Notes: generated by a model from the sequence alone, not told the origin. Shown: positions 1 through 10,425, counted from the first letter of the stretch. The stretch: 64,000 nt of DNA from an uncultured candidate division Zixibacteria bacterium (GCA_963817915.1 CAWFQL010000012.1:608001-672000); one strand, 5' to 3'. Numbers and translations: made by a program.

Positions 1-1476
1 TATAAGACATTGTTCGAACTTTCGACATTAATATCATCTCAAAATGATATCGAAGATATCCTGCCCAATGTTGTTCAGTCGACCGCGGAATTGCTCAATT
101 GCGATCATGCTGTTTTGCAGATGGTTGATGAGGACGGCGAAATACTTCTTCAAGTCAATTCCGAGGGAGCCGATGGCAAGCCAAGCAATTACGCGCCATC
201 CCGAAAAATTTCCGATGCCGTTATGAGCACCGGCGATCCGGTCTTGATCGAATCGACCAATAATGATGACTGCGGATGCACTCTTTGCTTCCCGCTTAAA
301 TCCGGCGAAAATGTCTGCGGTCTTCTACATGTGGTTCGTTCGAAAAAGGCCTTCTCCCCATCGGAGATGGAGTTGCTGAAGACGCTTTCGGGGCGAATAG
401 GGCTTTCGGTTGAATCCAATCTCATACTCTCAGACCTTGCCAATTCGCGGGAAACATTGATCGAGGATCTTCGCGATAGATATGATTTTGAGGAGATCAT
501 CGGCAATTCGCCGGAAATCGCCAGAGTACTGGCGACAATCGCCGATGTTGCCGAAACCGAAAGCGCCGTATTAATTGAAGGCGAGTCGGGGACGGGCAAG
601 GAACTGCTGGCTCGTGCCCTGCATAATAATTCGAAACGAAAAGATCAGCCGTTCGTGGCGATCAACTGCGCGGCAATTCCCGAGACTCTGCTCGAATCGG
701 AGTTGTTCGGATATGAGAAGGGCGCGTTCACCGGAGCAGTAGCCCGCAAATTGGGAAAATTCGATCTCGCCAATGACGGTACTATATTCCTCGATGAGAT
801 TGGCGAGCTGACACCGTTGCTTCAAGTCAAGCTGCTTAGATTTCTTCAATCGCATGAATTCGAGCCGCTCGGCTCCACATCGGTGAAAATAGCCAATGTC
901 AGAATAATTTCGGCCACCAAAAAGGACCTTGGCAAAATGGTCGAATCGGGTGAATTCCGCGATGATCTATATTATCGTATCAATGTCATCGCGGTTAGAT
1001 TGCCGTCATTATCCGAGCGAATCAGCGACATCGATATTCTGGCTAATCATTTTTTGAAAAAATATGCTGAAAAAAATAGCAAAAAAATCAAGGCCATCGA
1101 TGATATGGCGTTGAGCTTTCTAAAGGAATACAATTATCCCGGCAATATACGCGAGCTCGAAAATATAATTGAAAGAGCGGTTGTGCTCTGCAAGGGGGAT
1201 ATTTTAAGCTCAGCTGATTTGCCTGATTGTGTAAAGAAAAATAGCAAAGAAATAGAAAAACCGCCCGCGTCGGCTAAGGAACTCCAGGAGCACACAAAGA
1301 AGATATGGCGGGAAACAATTTTACCTCTCGAGCGAAATTTCGTGCTGCGAATGTTGGAAGCAAGCAGCGGTAATATTTCCGCCGCCGCCAGGCAAGCAGG
1401 GATGCATAGGAAGCAATTTCAACGAATTTTGCGCCGATGCGGTCTTCCTGCAAATGGGCAAAATCAGGATTCATAG
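1..1476 (+). CDS. Sigma-54-dependent transcriptional activator (GAF + AAA+ + Fis-type HTH), 5'-truncated by the window edge
   Basis: Walker [15 protein letters not shown] loop (EKGAFTGA), Walker [28 protein letters not shown]-terminal [16 protein letters not shown]. The frame is open from base 1. Confidence 0.95.
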   Translation, partial: YKTLFELSTLISSQNDIEDILPNVVQSTAELLNCDHAVLQMVDEDGEILLQVNSEGADGKPSNYAPSRKISDAVMSTGDPVLIESTNNDDCGCTLCFPLKSGENVCGLLHVVRSKKAFSPSEMELLKTLSGRIGLSVESNLILSDLANSRETLIEDLRDRYDFEEIIGNSPEIARVLATIADVAETESAVLIEGESGTGKELLARALHNNSKRKDQPFVAINCAAIPETLLESELFGYEKGAFTGAVARKLGKFDLANDGTIFLDEIGELTPLLQVKLLRFLQSHEFEPLGSTSVKIANVRIISATKKDLGKMVESGEFRDDLYYRINVIAVRLPSLSERISDIDILANHFLKKYAEKNSKKIKAIDDMALSFLKEYNYPGNIRELENIIERAVVLCKGDILSSADLPDCVKKNSKEIEKPPASAKELQEHTKKIWRETILPLERNFVLRMLEASSGNISAAARQAGMHRKQFQRILRRCGLPANGQNQDS

Positions 1477-1503
1477 AGTCTTTTTATAAATATATTTCTC
1501 CAA

Positions 1504-1521
1504 TGCGACAAACGTGTCGCA
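1504..1521. promoter_or_regulatory. Palindromic upstream activator site 1 (TGCGACA-N4-TGTCGCA)
   Basis: Perfect 7-4-7 inverted repeat about 170-185 bp upstream of a sigma-54 promoter and just downstream of a bEBP gene. Confidence 0.7.
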
Positions 1522-1568
1522 ACCTATTTTGATAGGGGAGTTTTACAATTTTCATAACTATCATATAA

Positions 1569-1594
1569 AAAATGCGACAGCGGTGACGCATTTT
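1569..1594. promoter_or_regulatory. Palindromic upstream activator site 2 (AAAATGCGACA-GCGG-TGACGCATTTT)
   Basis: Second copy of the same motif with 1 mismatch, 69 bp from site 1. Confidence 0.7.
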
Positions 1595-1688
1595 CATATC
1601 TTATTGGCTAATAACGAGATTCGTGAAATTAGTTGTATCTTGTTATGGTTTAATGGATTACGCTTTTGTGCGAGTTATTTTTGATGAT

Positions 1689-1703
1689 TGGCACGATATT
1701 TGC
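1689..1703 (+). promoter_or_regulatory. Sigma-54 -24/-12 promoter
   Basis: TGGCAC-GATAT-TTGC is an exact match to TGGCAC-N5-TTGC. Confidence 0.85.
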
Positions 1704-1728
1704 GTTTAATAATGATTCGGTGAAGTGT

Positions 1729-2124
1729 ATGAAAGAACAAAAGTTAGCGACAAAGCCAAACTCGGTTGACATTGACCTTCAAAATCAAGTCATGGAAGCG
1801 GCGCTTGAGGTCCACAAAAATATGGGTCTGGGTTTCGGGTCTGAAGAATATGGCTGGGCTCTTGCCTATGAATTTGGACTCCGCAATATACCTTTCGAGA
1901 GAAAGAAGAATGTGAAGTTATCGTATAAGGGCGCGGTTGCCGGAGAATACAATGTTGATTTTGTCATAGGGAATACTCTGATCGTATCGATTTCAACAGG
2001 GGACCATTTGACAGATATGGATGAGGCTAAATTAAAGAGCATACTTAGAGCGATAAAAATGAAAACCGGACTAACAGTTAACTTTTCCAAGGACATCTTG
2101 GAAATTAGAACGGTGGAACGTTGA
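1729..2124 (+). CDS. GxxExxY-family (PD-(D/E)xK-like) protein with degenerate catalytic motifs
   Basis: AALEVHKNMGLGFGSEEY, YKG..GEYNVDFVI and GLTVNF match the family layout. ATG 1729 chosen because it lies downstream of the sigma-54 promoter. Confidence 0.8.
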   Translation: MKEQKLATKPNSVDIDLQNQVMEAALEVHKNMGLGFGSEEYGWALAYEFGLRNIPFERKKNVKLSYKGAVAGEYNVDFVIGNTLIVSISTGDHLTDMDEAKLKSILRAIKMKTGLTVNFSKDILEIRTVER

Positions 2125-2145
2125 GTGCCGAAGGGAGGTGAAACC

Positions 2146-2211
2146 ATGCCGGCAAAGAAGAAAGCTGCAAAGAAGAAAGCCACAAAGAAGGCTGCCAAGA
2201 AGAAAAAATAA
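2146..2211 (+). CDS. 21-aa Lys/Ala-rich basic micropeptide MPAKKKAAKKKATKKAAKKKK (not in the ORF track)
   Basis: Perfect SD GGAGGTGA at 2134-2141, ATG 2146, TAA 2209-2211, terminator immediately downstream. Confidence 0.75.
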   Translation: MPAKKKAAKKKATKKAAKKKK

Positions 2212-2235
2212 TTACTGGTAAATAGCCTTATTTAT

Positions 2236-2261
2236 AAAGTCCGCTCCGTGCGGACTTTTTT
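2236..2261 (+). terminator. Rho-independent terminator
   Basis: AAAGTCCGC-tccgt-GCGGACTTT followed by a T run. Confidence 0.8.
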
Positions 2262-2301
2262 ATTTGAATTTCATGCCGATTTAATTATAGTCTGTAGTTC
2301 T

Positions 2302-2670
2302 ATGACAAAAGTAAGACAAAAATATTGGTGGCTCACCCTTGTATGGGCGGCGCTCATACTTACTGTATCATCAATTCCCAATTTATCAACACCATCGCTG
2401 GGAATTACATTCGCAGATAAAATAGCGCATTTCGGTGAATATTTTATTTTTGGAGTATTGGTGGGTTATAGCCTCTTAATCAGATTGCCAAAGAGCATCA
2501 CCTTATTTTCATATTCAGCTATTATCTGTGGAGTATTTGGGATACTCGACGAGATTCATCAGCATTTTATCAGCGGAAGAACCGCAGACCCGTTAGATGC
2601 CCTCGCGGATATTCTGGGATCGGCCGCGGGCATCGCGGTCTATATTTGGTGGAAAAGGCGCCATTCTTGA
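2302..2670 (+). CDS. VanZ family membrane protein
   Basis: DKIAHFGEY, DEIHQHFISGRTADPLDALAD motifs and hydrophobic helices. Confidence 0.88.
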   Translation: MTKVRQKYWWLTLVWAALILTVSSIPNLSTPSLGITFADKIAHFGEYFIFGVLVGYSLLIRLPKSITLFSYSAIICGVFGILDEIHQHFISGRTADPLDALADILGSAAGIAVYIWWKRRHS

Positions 2671-2757
2671 TTATCCTTAGTATTGACTATATAAATAATG
2701 TTCAATATCATTATATATTGCCGGTTGATGTATTAACTTTTGGAGGACGACCTTATT

Positions 2758-4050
2758 ATGGCAGAGCAAAAAATTAAAGCTATCTATGGAACTAAGGACA
2801 TTCTGCCGCCGGAATCCAATCTTTGGCTTCGGGTAATCTCAACTATTGCTCGAATTGCCTCTGAATATAATTACCATTTTATAAATCCTCCGATATTCGA
2901 GGCTACAGAGCTTTTCGCACGCGGAATCGGGGAAACTACCGATGTCGTATCGAAAGAAATGTATACATTCAACGATCAAGGCAATAGATCGCTTACGTTG
3001 AGACCTGAGGGCACCGCCGGGGTTGTCAGGGCTTATATTGAGCATTCCATGTGGGCCGCGCAGGGGTTGACCAAATTCTGGTATCTCGGTCCGATGTTTC
3101 GCCAGGAACGGCCTCAGGCGGGGAGGTTCCGTCAATTCCATCAATTCGGTATCGAGGCTATCGGCTCTCTTGATCCGGCTATCGACGCCGAAATTATCGA
3201 TCTCAATTATCGAATATTACAAAGACTTGGAATCGAAAATCTCGAAGTGCATATAAATTCAGTAGGGATGCCTGAAGACAGAAAACGGCATAAGGACGCA
3301 TTCGTAAAATTCGTGGAGCCGGAGCTTCCGGCGTTCTGTGCCGATTGCCAGAGAAGATTTCAACTGAATCCGCTCAGAATGTTCGACTGCAAGGAAAAAT
3401 CCTGCCAGAAAATCCTGGCTGACGCTCCGGTAATTTTTGATTTTCTCTCAAATGAAAATCACGAACACTTTGATCAGGTTGTCGAATATTTGGGAATGGC
3501 TGAAGTTCCATTCCATAAGGATAAGAGAATGGTAAGAGGATTGGATTATTATTCCCGTACCGCCTGGGAAATCAAATCATCCAAGTTGGGCGCGCAGGAT
3601 TCCCTTTCCGGCGGTGGGCGATATGATTTGTTGGTCGAACAGCTCGGCGGGCCCCCAACGCCCGCTATCGGATTTGCGGCAGGTATTGAACGAATCGTCC
3701 TGGCAATGAGCTCGGAGGATGAACAGACGACGGAGAATTTGTTCGGTTTTTATGTCGTGCTGAGCAGCTCGGAATACAAATCCGAGGCATTCAGACTTGC
3801 GACCAAAATCAGGAGTCTGGGTATTCCAGCCGATATAGATTATTTAAGGCGGTCTATGAAGGCCCAGATGAAACAAGCTGATAAGAGCGGCCTCAGCCAT
3901 GCGATCATACTGGCCGAAAACGAGCTTGCCCGGGGAGAAGTAATTATCAAGGATTTGCGAAATTCGGAGCAGATGGAAATAAAGCTGGATTATATTTATG
4001 GTTTTACAAATTCCGATCAACTTGGAGAGATAATTGGGCATATCAGATAA
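2758..4050 (+). CDS. hisS: Histidine--tRNA ligase
   Basis: LRPEGTAG, FRQERPQAGRFRQFHQ, RGLDYY, GGGRYD, GFAAGIER. Confidence 0.97.
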   Translation: MAEQKIKAIYGTKDILPPESNLWLRVISTIARIASEYNYHFINPPIFEATELFARGIGETTDVVSKEMYTFNDQGNRSLTLRPEGTAGVVRAYIEHSMWAAQGLTKFWYLGPMFRQERPQAGRFRQFHQFGIEAIGSLDPAIDAEIIDLNYRILQRLGIENLEVHINSVGMPEDRKRHKDAFVKFVEPELPAFCADCQRRFQLNPLRMFDCKEKSCQKILADAPVIFDFLSNENHEHFDQVVEYLGMAEVPFHKDKRMVRGLDYYSRTAWEIKSSKLGAQDSLSGGGRYDLLVEQLGGPPTPAIGFAAGIERIVLAMSSEDEQTTENLFGFYVVLSSSEYKSEAFRLATKIRSLGIPADIDYLRRSMKAQMKQADKSGLSHAIILAENELARGEVIIKDLRNSEQMEIKLDYIYGFTNSDQLGEIIGHIR

Positions 4051-5881
4051 TAATATTTATAAGACATGGATCAGGACGCATACCTGCGGCGAATTAAACG
4101 AATCGAATGTCGGCCTTGAAGTATCATTATGCGGATGGGTTCATGGTCATCGCGATCTCGGAGGATTGATATTCATAGATTTGCGCGATCGCTGGGGGAT
4201 TACCCAGATAGCATTCGATCCCAAGGATGTGACCGGCCCATATCTCGAAATAGCCCGTTCGGTGCGATACGAATACTCGATCAGGGTGATCGGCAAAGTC
4301 AGAATGCGCCCGGAGCCGTCACGCGACACCAACAATCCGACGCGACTGATTGAAATTCAGGCGGCTACAATTGAAATATTGAACCAATCCGCCACACCAC
4401 CCTTCATGGTTGAAAATAATACCACAGCCTCAGAGGAGCTCAGATTGAAGTTTCGCTATCTCGATCTCCGAAGACCAGTATTGCGCGATAAAATCCTTTT
4501 GCGCCACAAGGCTACGATGGAAATCAGGAAATATCTTGATTCCAAGGGCTTTGTCGAGATTGAGACTCCGCTGCTTATAAGATCGACACCGGAAGGCGCC
4601 CGGGATTTTATAGTGCCGTCGAGGGAGCACAAGGGCAAATTCTACGCCTTGCCGCAATCGCCCCAGCTTTTCAAGCAGATATTGATGATATCAGGTTTTG
4701 ATAGATATTTCCAGTTGGCCAAATGCCTGCGCGATGAGGACCTCCGAGCCGATAGGCAGCCCGAGCATACCCAGATCGATATGGAAATGACATTTGTATC
4801 TATCGATGACATATTTTCCGTTGTCGAAGGAATGATGAAGCATCTGTTCAAGGCTGTCCTGAATGAGGAAATACCGATTCCATTCAAGCGATATTCATAT
4901 CAGGAAGTAATGGACAAATACGGAAGTGATAAGCCCGATCTCAGATTCGGATTTGAAATAATCGATTACAGTGATATTTTTGGTCAAACAGGCTTTAGGG
5001 TATTCTCGGACGTAATAAAATCAGGTGGAGTTATTCGCGGCATAAAGGTGCCGGGTGGAGCCGGGCTATCCCGGAAGCAAATCGATAATTATACCGAAAC
5101 CATAAAGCAAAATGGCGGCAAGGGGCTGGCCTATATCGGGCGAGCCGATGGCGGAATTAAATCGTCAATTGCCAAAAACCTCAGCCAGGATGAAATAAAT
5201 AAATGCTTTGAACGAGCAAATCTGGCTGAAGGCGATATGCTTTTTATAGTAGCCGATAGATGGAAAGTAGTCTGTGACAGTCTCGGCGCACTCCGCAAGG
5301 AAATCGGCAGGCTCTCGATGAACGCTAATTCTCCCAAATGGGCTTTTCTCTGGGTGACGGAATTCCCGTTATTCGAATATCATCCCGAAATGAAGAGATT
5401 CGACGCCATGCATAATATTGTGACATCGCCCTGCGCATCAGATATAAAATTCCTTGATGATGGATTTAATAGCCAACTGCCTCTCGACCATCCTGACCAT
5501 CCCTGGGGGAAAATCAGAGCCAATCAATATGATATGGTTATCAACGGCATGGAAACGGCATCCGGAGGCATAAGAATTCACGACCGCAAGATGCAGGAGA
5601 AAGTGCTTTCGATTCTTGGAATAAACGCGGAACGGGCAGACAAAATGTTTGGTTTCCTACTGCGTGCTCTGGAATATGGAGCTCCTCCGCACGGCGGGAT
5701 AGCACCGGGATTAGATAGAATAATTACACTTATGACAGGATCAGATTCAATACGCGACGTTATAGCATTCCCAAAGACAACCGCCGCTCAATCGCTCATG
5801 GATGGCTCTCCGGCGGATGTCGATTCGAGCCAACTCGATGAATTGGGGATATCAATCAAGGAATCTAAATCCTCGGAATAG
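4034..5881 (+). CDS. aspS: Aspartate--tRNA ligase
   Basis: RTHTCGEL, FIDLRD, ALPQSPQLFKQ, RDEDLRADRQPE, GAPPHGG, IRDVIAFPK. Confidence 0.96.
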   Translation: MGISDNNIYKTWIRTHTCGELNESNVGLEVSLCGWVHGHRDLGGLIFIDLRDRWGITQIAFDPKDVTGPYLEIARSVRYEYSIRVIGKVRMRPEPSRDTNNPTRLIEIQAATIEILNQSATPPFMVENNTTASEELRLKFRYLDLRRPVLRDKILLRHKATMEIRKYLDSKGFVEIETPLLIRSTPEGARDFIVPSREHKGKFYALPQSPQLFKQILMISGFDRYFQLAKCLRDEDLRADRQPEHTQIDMEMTFVSIDDIFSVVEGMMKHLFKAVLNEEIPIPFKRYSYQEVMDKYGSDKPDLRFGFEIIDYSDIFGQTGFRVFSDVIKSGGVIRGIKVPGGAGLSRKQIDNYTETIKQNGGKGLAYIGRADGGIKSSIAKNLSQDEINKCFERANLAEGDMLFIVADRWKVVCDSLGALRKEIGRLSMNANSPKWAFLWVTEFPLFEYHPEMKRFDAMHNIVTSPCASDIKFLDDGFNSQLPLDHPDHPWGKIRANQYDMVINGMETASGGIRIHDRKMQEKVLSILGINAERADKMFGFLLRALEYGAPPHGGIAPGLDRIITLMTGSDSIRDVIAFPKTTAAQSLMDGSPADVDSSQLDELGISIKESKSSE

Positions 5882-5888
5882 GACAAAG

Positions 5889-6866
5889 ATGGTAACTCAA
5901 AAGACAATAGAATTAAAGGATATTGATCCACGTCTGCTTCTTGGCAATGACCATTCGCATCTAAAGCTTATCGAAGACGAGCTCGAAGTTCAGATTATTG
6001 CCCGCGGCGATTGGATCAATGTCAAAGGCGAATCCGACAATGTCGATAAAGCGATCAAAATAATCTATGACATCATAGATCATGTAAAGGCCACCGGCGA
6101 GCTTAATGAACGGTATATCATATATTCCATAGCGGTTGTCATGGAAAATGGCTCCGGCCCGTCAAAAGATGTGGATAATGAATCCGGGGTCATCGCCTCG
6201 CTTGCCACTCAGAAAATAATAAAACCCAAGACAGTCGGCCAGAAATCATATATAGATATGATGGAAGCGAAAGATATCGTATTCGTAATCGGACCGGCTG
6301 GAACGGGAAAAACCTATCTTGCTGTAGCCATGGCAGTCAAAGCGTTCAAGAATAAGCAGGTTGCCAGGATTGTCCTGACCAGACCCGCGGTCGAGGCTGG
6401 TGAGAATCTGGGCTTTTTGCCGGGAGATATTCGCGCGAAAGTTGACCCATACCTAAGACCGCTTTATGACGCACTTCAGGATATGATGATGTTTGAGAAA
6501 GTTAAAAAGCTCATGGAATTAGGTGTAATCGAAATCGCCCCACTGGCCTTCATGCGCGGGCGCACGCTCAATAACGCTTTTGTAATTCTAGATGAAGCGC
6601 AGAACACGACCAGCGCCCAGATGTTAATGTTTCTAACTCGATTAGGTGAAGGTTCTCAAGCCGTAATTACCGGTGATGTTACTCAAATCGATTTAGTCAA
6701 CAAAGGCGCCTCCGGTCTTCTACCCACGCAAAAAATATTGGGCCATATTAATGGAATCGGATTTTGCCAGCTAACTGAAAAAGATGTGGTCAGGCACAGG
6801 CTGGTTCAGGATATAATCAAAGCCTATGGCAAGGTATCTGAAGCCAAGAAAAAGGCCAAAGGATAA
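5889..6866 (+). CDS. phoH: PhoH family ATPase (YbeZ-like)
   Basis: GPAGTGKT, RPAVEAGENLGFLPGD, LAFMRGRT, DEAQN, DVVRHRLV. Confidence 0.93.
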   Translation: MVTQKTIELKDIDPRLLLGNDHSHLKLIEDELEVQIIARGDWINVKGESDNVDKAIKIIYDIIDHVKATGELNERYIIYSIAVVMENGSGPSKDVDNESGVIASLATQKIIKPKTVGQKSYIDMMEAKDIVFVIGPAGTGKTYLAVAMAVKAFKNKQVARIVLTRPAVEAGENLGFLPGDIRAKVDPYLRPLYDALQDMMMFEKVKKLMELGVIEIAPLAFMRGRTLNNAFVILDEAQNTTSAQMLMFLTRLGEGSQAVITGDVTQIDLVNKGASGLLPTQKILGHINGIGFCQLTEKDVVRHRLVQDIIKAYGKVSEAKKKAKG

Positions 6867-9104
6867 TGTTGTTTAATCTATTCAGAAAAAAACCGATGCA
6901 GGTTTCTATTGGAGCCGAGGAAAATAGTTCGGAGAAGACCAATGGTTCCTTTAGCGGCTACAAGCTTTGGTTTAGAATCGTACTCCCCGCGGCGCTTATA
7001 TTCGGGATTACGTTTCTTTATCCCATAGACAAAATTTATATGCCTATTGAGATTCCGCAGGTAGGCGAGATCGCATCTAGAGACGTACTGGCGCCCTTCG
7101 ATTATCCTATATTCAAATCTGATGACGAGCTCCGTAGAGACCGGCAGCTGGTTGTAGCCAATCTCAGGCCGGTTGTCGCGTTGGATACATTGATGACGAA
7201 TGCCATAGAATACCGCATCAGATATTTTTTCAAAATCGCCGACTCTCTCAACTCAAAATATACGAATCCTCCCCGGTTTATTCAGCTTATGCGCTCGGAA
7301 TTTCCATCGATCCCGGATAGTATTATTGTAGGTGTTAGAAACAATCTGAAAAGTCGCAGTTTTTCAAAAGTATGTATCGGTGTTGTTGATTCGGCAATGG
7401 AAACGGGTATATATTCGGATATAAATAATCTCCCTCTGGAGACTTCGGGCCTGGTTACCCTTGATAACAGGGGGCTTATCAAGACGATTGCTAGGGATCA
7501 ACTGGTTGATTCAAGTGAAGCCAGGATATATGTAGCGGCTCAAGTTCAGAAAATGCTTGGTTCTCAATCGCCAGCTCAGACTATCGCCGAAAGCCTGATA
7601 TGGCATTTTCTCGAACCCAACCTCGATTTCGATGAAGACGCGACTGAAATAAATAGAAATATAGAATTAGATGCCATCAAGAATGATAAGGGATGGGTCT
7701 ATAAGGGCGAAAAAATAATTCGCGCCAACGAAAGAGTAACCGAGCTTCATCGAGATAAACTTCTTTCATTGGCCCGTTACAGCAAGACCAGCCTTCGTCA
7801 GCAGGGATTCTGGCATTTTATCCTGCCTCCATTGGGACGGCTGTTCTTTATCGTATTTCCGATAATGCTCTTTGGATTTTACCTATATTCTTTTAGGCGG
7901 CATATTTTTGATTCCGATACGGCACTGACGCTATTTGCGTTTTTATTCGCGATACTGGTGATAATCCTGAATATCGTGATGGGGCAGACATATCTATCTC
8001 CCTATTTGGTGCCAATTACCATAGCCTCTATGCTCATAACTATTGCATATGATATAGAGACAGGACTTTTCCTTACATTCTCGGCATCATTATTAATGGG
8101 GATTTTGGCCGGCTTCAAGCTCGATATTGTTTTTGTAAGCATGGCGGCCGGGACTGTAGCGGCATTTGCGGTTAAGCAGGTGAGGCATAGGCATGAGTTT
8201 TATCGTTCGATATTGTATCTATCGATTGTCTATTTTGGAACCGTTTATGTGATTGAATCGGTAAAATTGACTCCGCCAGTCGATCTCTGGCGGCATGTGG
8301 GTTTTGCGGTCATTAACGGTTTTCTTTCGCCGATTCTGACAATAGGATTTTTACCGCTGGTTGAAACTACATTCAAATTGACTACCGATATCACGTTGCT
8401 CGAATTATCGGACTTAAACCGTCCGTTGCTAAAACGGCTCGCCCTAGAGGCTCCGGGCACTTACCATCACTCTATAATGATTGGTTCGCTGGCCGAGGAC
8501 GCCGCCAAGGCGATCAATGCCAATTCGCTTCTTAGCGAGGGTAGGCTCATATTATCATGATATAGGCAAAATGCTGAAGCCGGAATATTTTGTAGAAAAT
8601 CAAATGGGGGCCAAAAACAAGCACGAAAAATTGGCGCCATCCATGTCGGCATTAATTCTCGAAGCCCACGTAAAAGAGGGGAAAGAACTTGCGCAAAAGC
8701 ATGGCTTGCCCGAATGCATAATTGATTTTATTACGGGCCATCATGGCACCAGCGTAATGACATTTTTCTATGAAAAGGCCAAGACTCTGGAAGGCGAGGA
8801 TGTCGATATAAATGAATATCGTTATCCGGGGCCGAAGCCGTTAAGCAAGGAAGTGGCGATAGTGATGCTGGCCGATTCAGCGGAGGCCGCTTCGCGCGCG
8901 CTCGAAGATCCCAAACCGGCGAGAATTAAATCTTTGGTCAAGAAGACCATTTCGCTCAAATTTGAATCGGGCGAGCTTGAAAACTGCGATTTGACTCTCC
9001 GTGATCTCCATCAAATAGAGGAAAGTTTCTCGCGAGTCCTCACCGGGATATTCCATAGAAGAATAGTTTATCCCGAAAAAAAGCCTGAAGGGGTTAGATT
9101 CTGA
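6866..9104 (+). CDS. 7TM-HD phosphohydrolase (PgpH-like cyclic-di-AMP phosphodiesterase), split by a +1 frameshift near 8534
   Basis: Extracellular domain, 7 TM helices and APGTYHHS in ORF 6866-8560; YYHDIGK, HHGT and MLADSAEA in ORF 8481-9104. Removing one base gives about 745 aa. Conserved phoH-HD-ybeY context. Confidence 0.85.
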
Positions 9105-9118
9105 GCATTAATATCGTA

Positions 9119-9511
9119 ATGGCCGATAAAAGGTTTAAAATTGATTATAAAGAGATTTCAGGCATAGCCCGAAAAGTAATCGCTTCAGAATCGGCAAAAT
9201 CGAAATTCCTTGATATTATCTACTGCAACGACTCTCTGATAACCAAATTAAACAATATGTTTTTAAGCAAGAATAATACGACCGACGTCATGGCGTTTAA
9301 TCTGGATGATAATGCAAAAAAGGATTACCTCGGAGAAGTTTATATCAATTTGATGCAGGCCCGCAGGCAATCAATGGTCTTTGAGGTCGACTATTTCGAA
9401 GAAGTAAAACGATTGACAATTCATGGGATTTTGCATCTCTTGGGGTATAATGATAACGATAATAAGAATCGTCTAAAAATGTGGAGCCGTCAGGAGAGTT
9501 ACCTAAGGTGA
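9119..9511 (+). CDS. ybeY: rRNA maturation RNase YbeY
   Basis: TDVMAF, LGEVYI, HGILHLLGY (the third His of HxxxHxxGxDH reads N here); operon context. Confidence 0.85.
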   Translation: MADKRFKIDYKEISGIARKVIASESAKSKFLDIIYCNDSLITKLNNMFLSKNNTTDVMAFNLDDNAKKDYLGEVYINLMQARRQSMVFEVDYFEEVKRLTIHGILHLLGYNDNDNKNRLKMWSRQESYLR

Positions 9512-10425
9512 ATAACAATCCCAAAAGTGATCCGCAGCGTTCGCAAGTCCCCGCGAAGCGAAAAGGCTTTTCGTTGGCGAGATGGTTTGCCAGAAAATTC
9601 GGATTGACCCATGATAATAATTTTGTATCAAATGCCAAGAATAAGGCAATAGAGGATTCTATCGATATAATCGCCAGCAAACTTTCCGATGGCGAGGTCG
9701 CCCTTGAAGGTGACGAACGAGAAATGATTCATGGCGTGGTCGAGCTTGGTGAGACCACCGTCAAGGAGATAATGATTCCCCGGGTTGATATTATTGGTGT
9801 CGAAGTTGGAACACCTTTAAGAGATGTCATTAGCGTGATAAATAAGACCGGTCATTCGCGTATCCCGCTTTATGATGAGTCTCTCGATGATATCAAAGGG
9901 ATGCTTTATGCCAAAGATCTGCTTTCCTGCGCTATAGATGAATTGGATATCGATCTGATTAAAATTTCGCGGAAGCCTTATTTTATTCCGGAAAATAAGA
10001 AAGTCGATGATCTGCTCAGGGAACTCAGGAAAAAGCATATTCATATTTCAATAGTTGTGGACGAATACGGCGGGACCTCCGGCCTGGTGACCATGGAAGA
10101 TATCATTGAAGAAATAGTCGGCGAAATTGAGGATGAATATGACCAGGAGCCGCCGCCAGTATCAAGGTTATCGCCGGGGCAGTTCCTGGTTGATGGGTCG
10201 CTCTCATTATCTGACCTGAACAAAGAAATAGACATAGACCTTCCCGAACGAGAATTCGAAACCGTAGGTGGACTTATTTATGACCTTGTCGGCTCGCTGC
10301 CCGAGAAAGGCAGAAAATTATCATATCATGGTGTCACATTTATAGTCGAAGAGATCGAAGGCCAAAGAATAGTTGCTGTCAAGATTCTTATTGATCAAAA
10401 ACCGCCTTCAGAGAAATCCATTTAA
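9508..10425 (+). CDS. CBS-pair/CorC-HlyC domain protein (hemolysin/YbeX family)
   Basis: EIMIPR, HSRIPLY, VVDEYGGTSGLVTMEDIIEEIVGEIEDEYD. The GTG start overlaps the ybeY stop. Confidence 0.9.
   Translation: MNNNPKSDPQRSQVPAKRKGFSLARWFARKFGLTHDNNFVSNAKNKAIEDSIDIIASKLSDGEVALEGDEREMIHGVVELGETTVKEIMIPRVDIIGVEVGTPLRDVISVINKTGHSRIPLYDESLDDIKGMLYAKDLLSCAIDELDIDLIKISRKPYFIPENKKVDDLLRELRKKHIHISIVVDEYGGTSGLVTMEDIIEEIVGEIEDEYDQEPPPVSRLSPGQFLVDGSLSLSDLNKEIDIDLPEREFETVGGLIYDLVGSLPEKGRKLSYHGVTFIVEEIEGQRIVAVKILIDQKPPSEKSI

Noticed and set aside
1866..2198. Minus-strand ORF beginning MAAFFVAFFFAAFFF
   Set aside because: Antisense shadow of the Lys-rich micropeptide and the GxxExxY gene. The SD and terminator support the plus strand.
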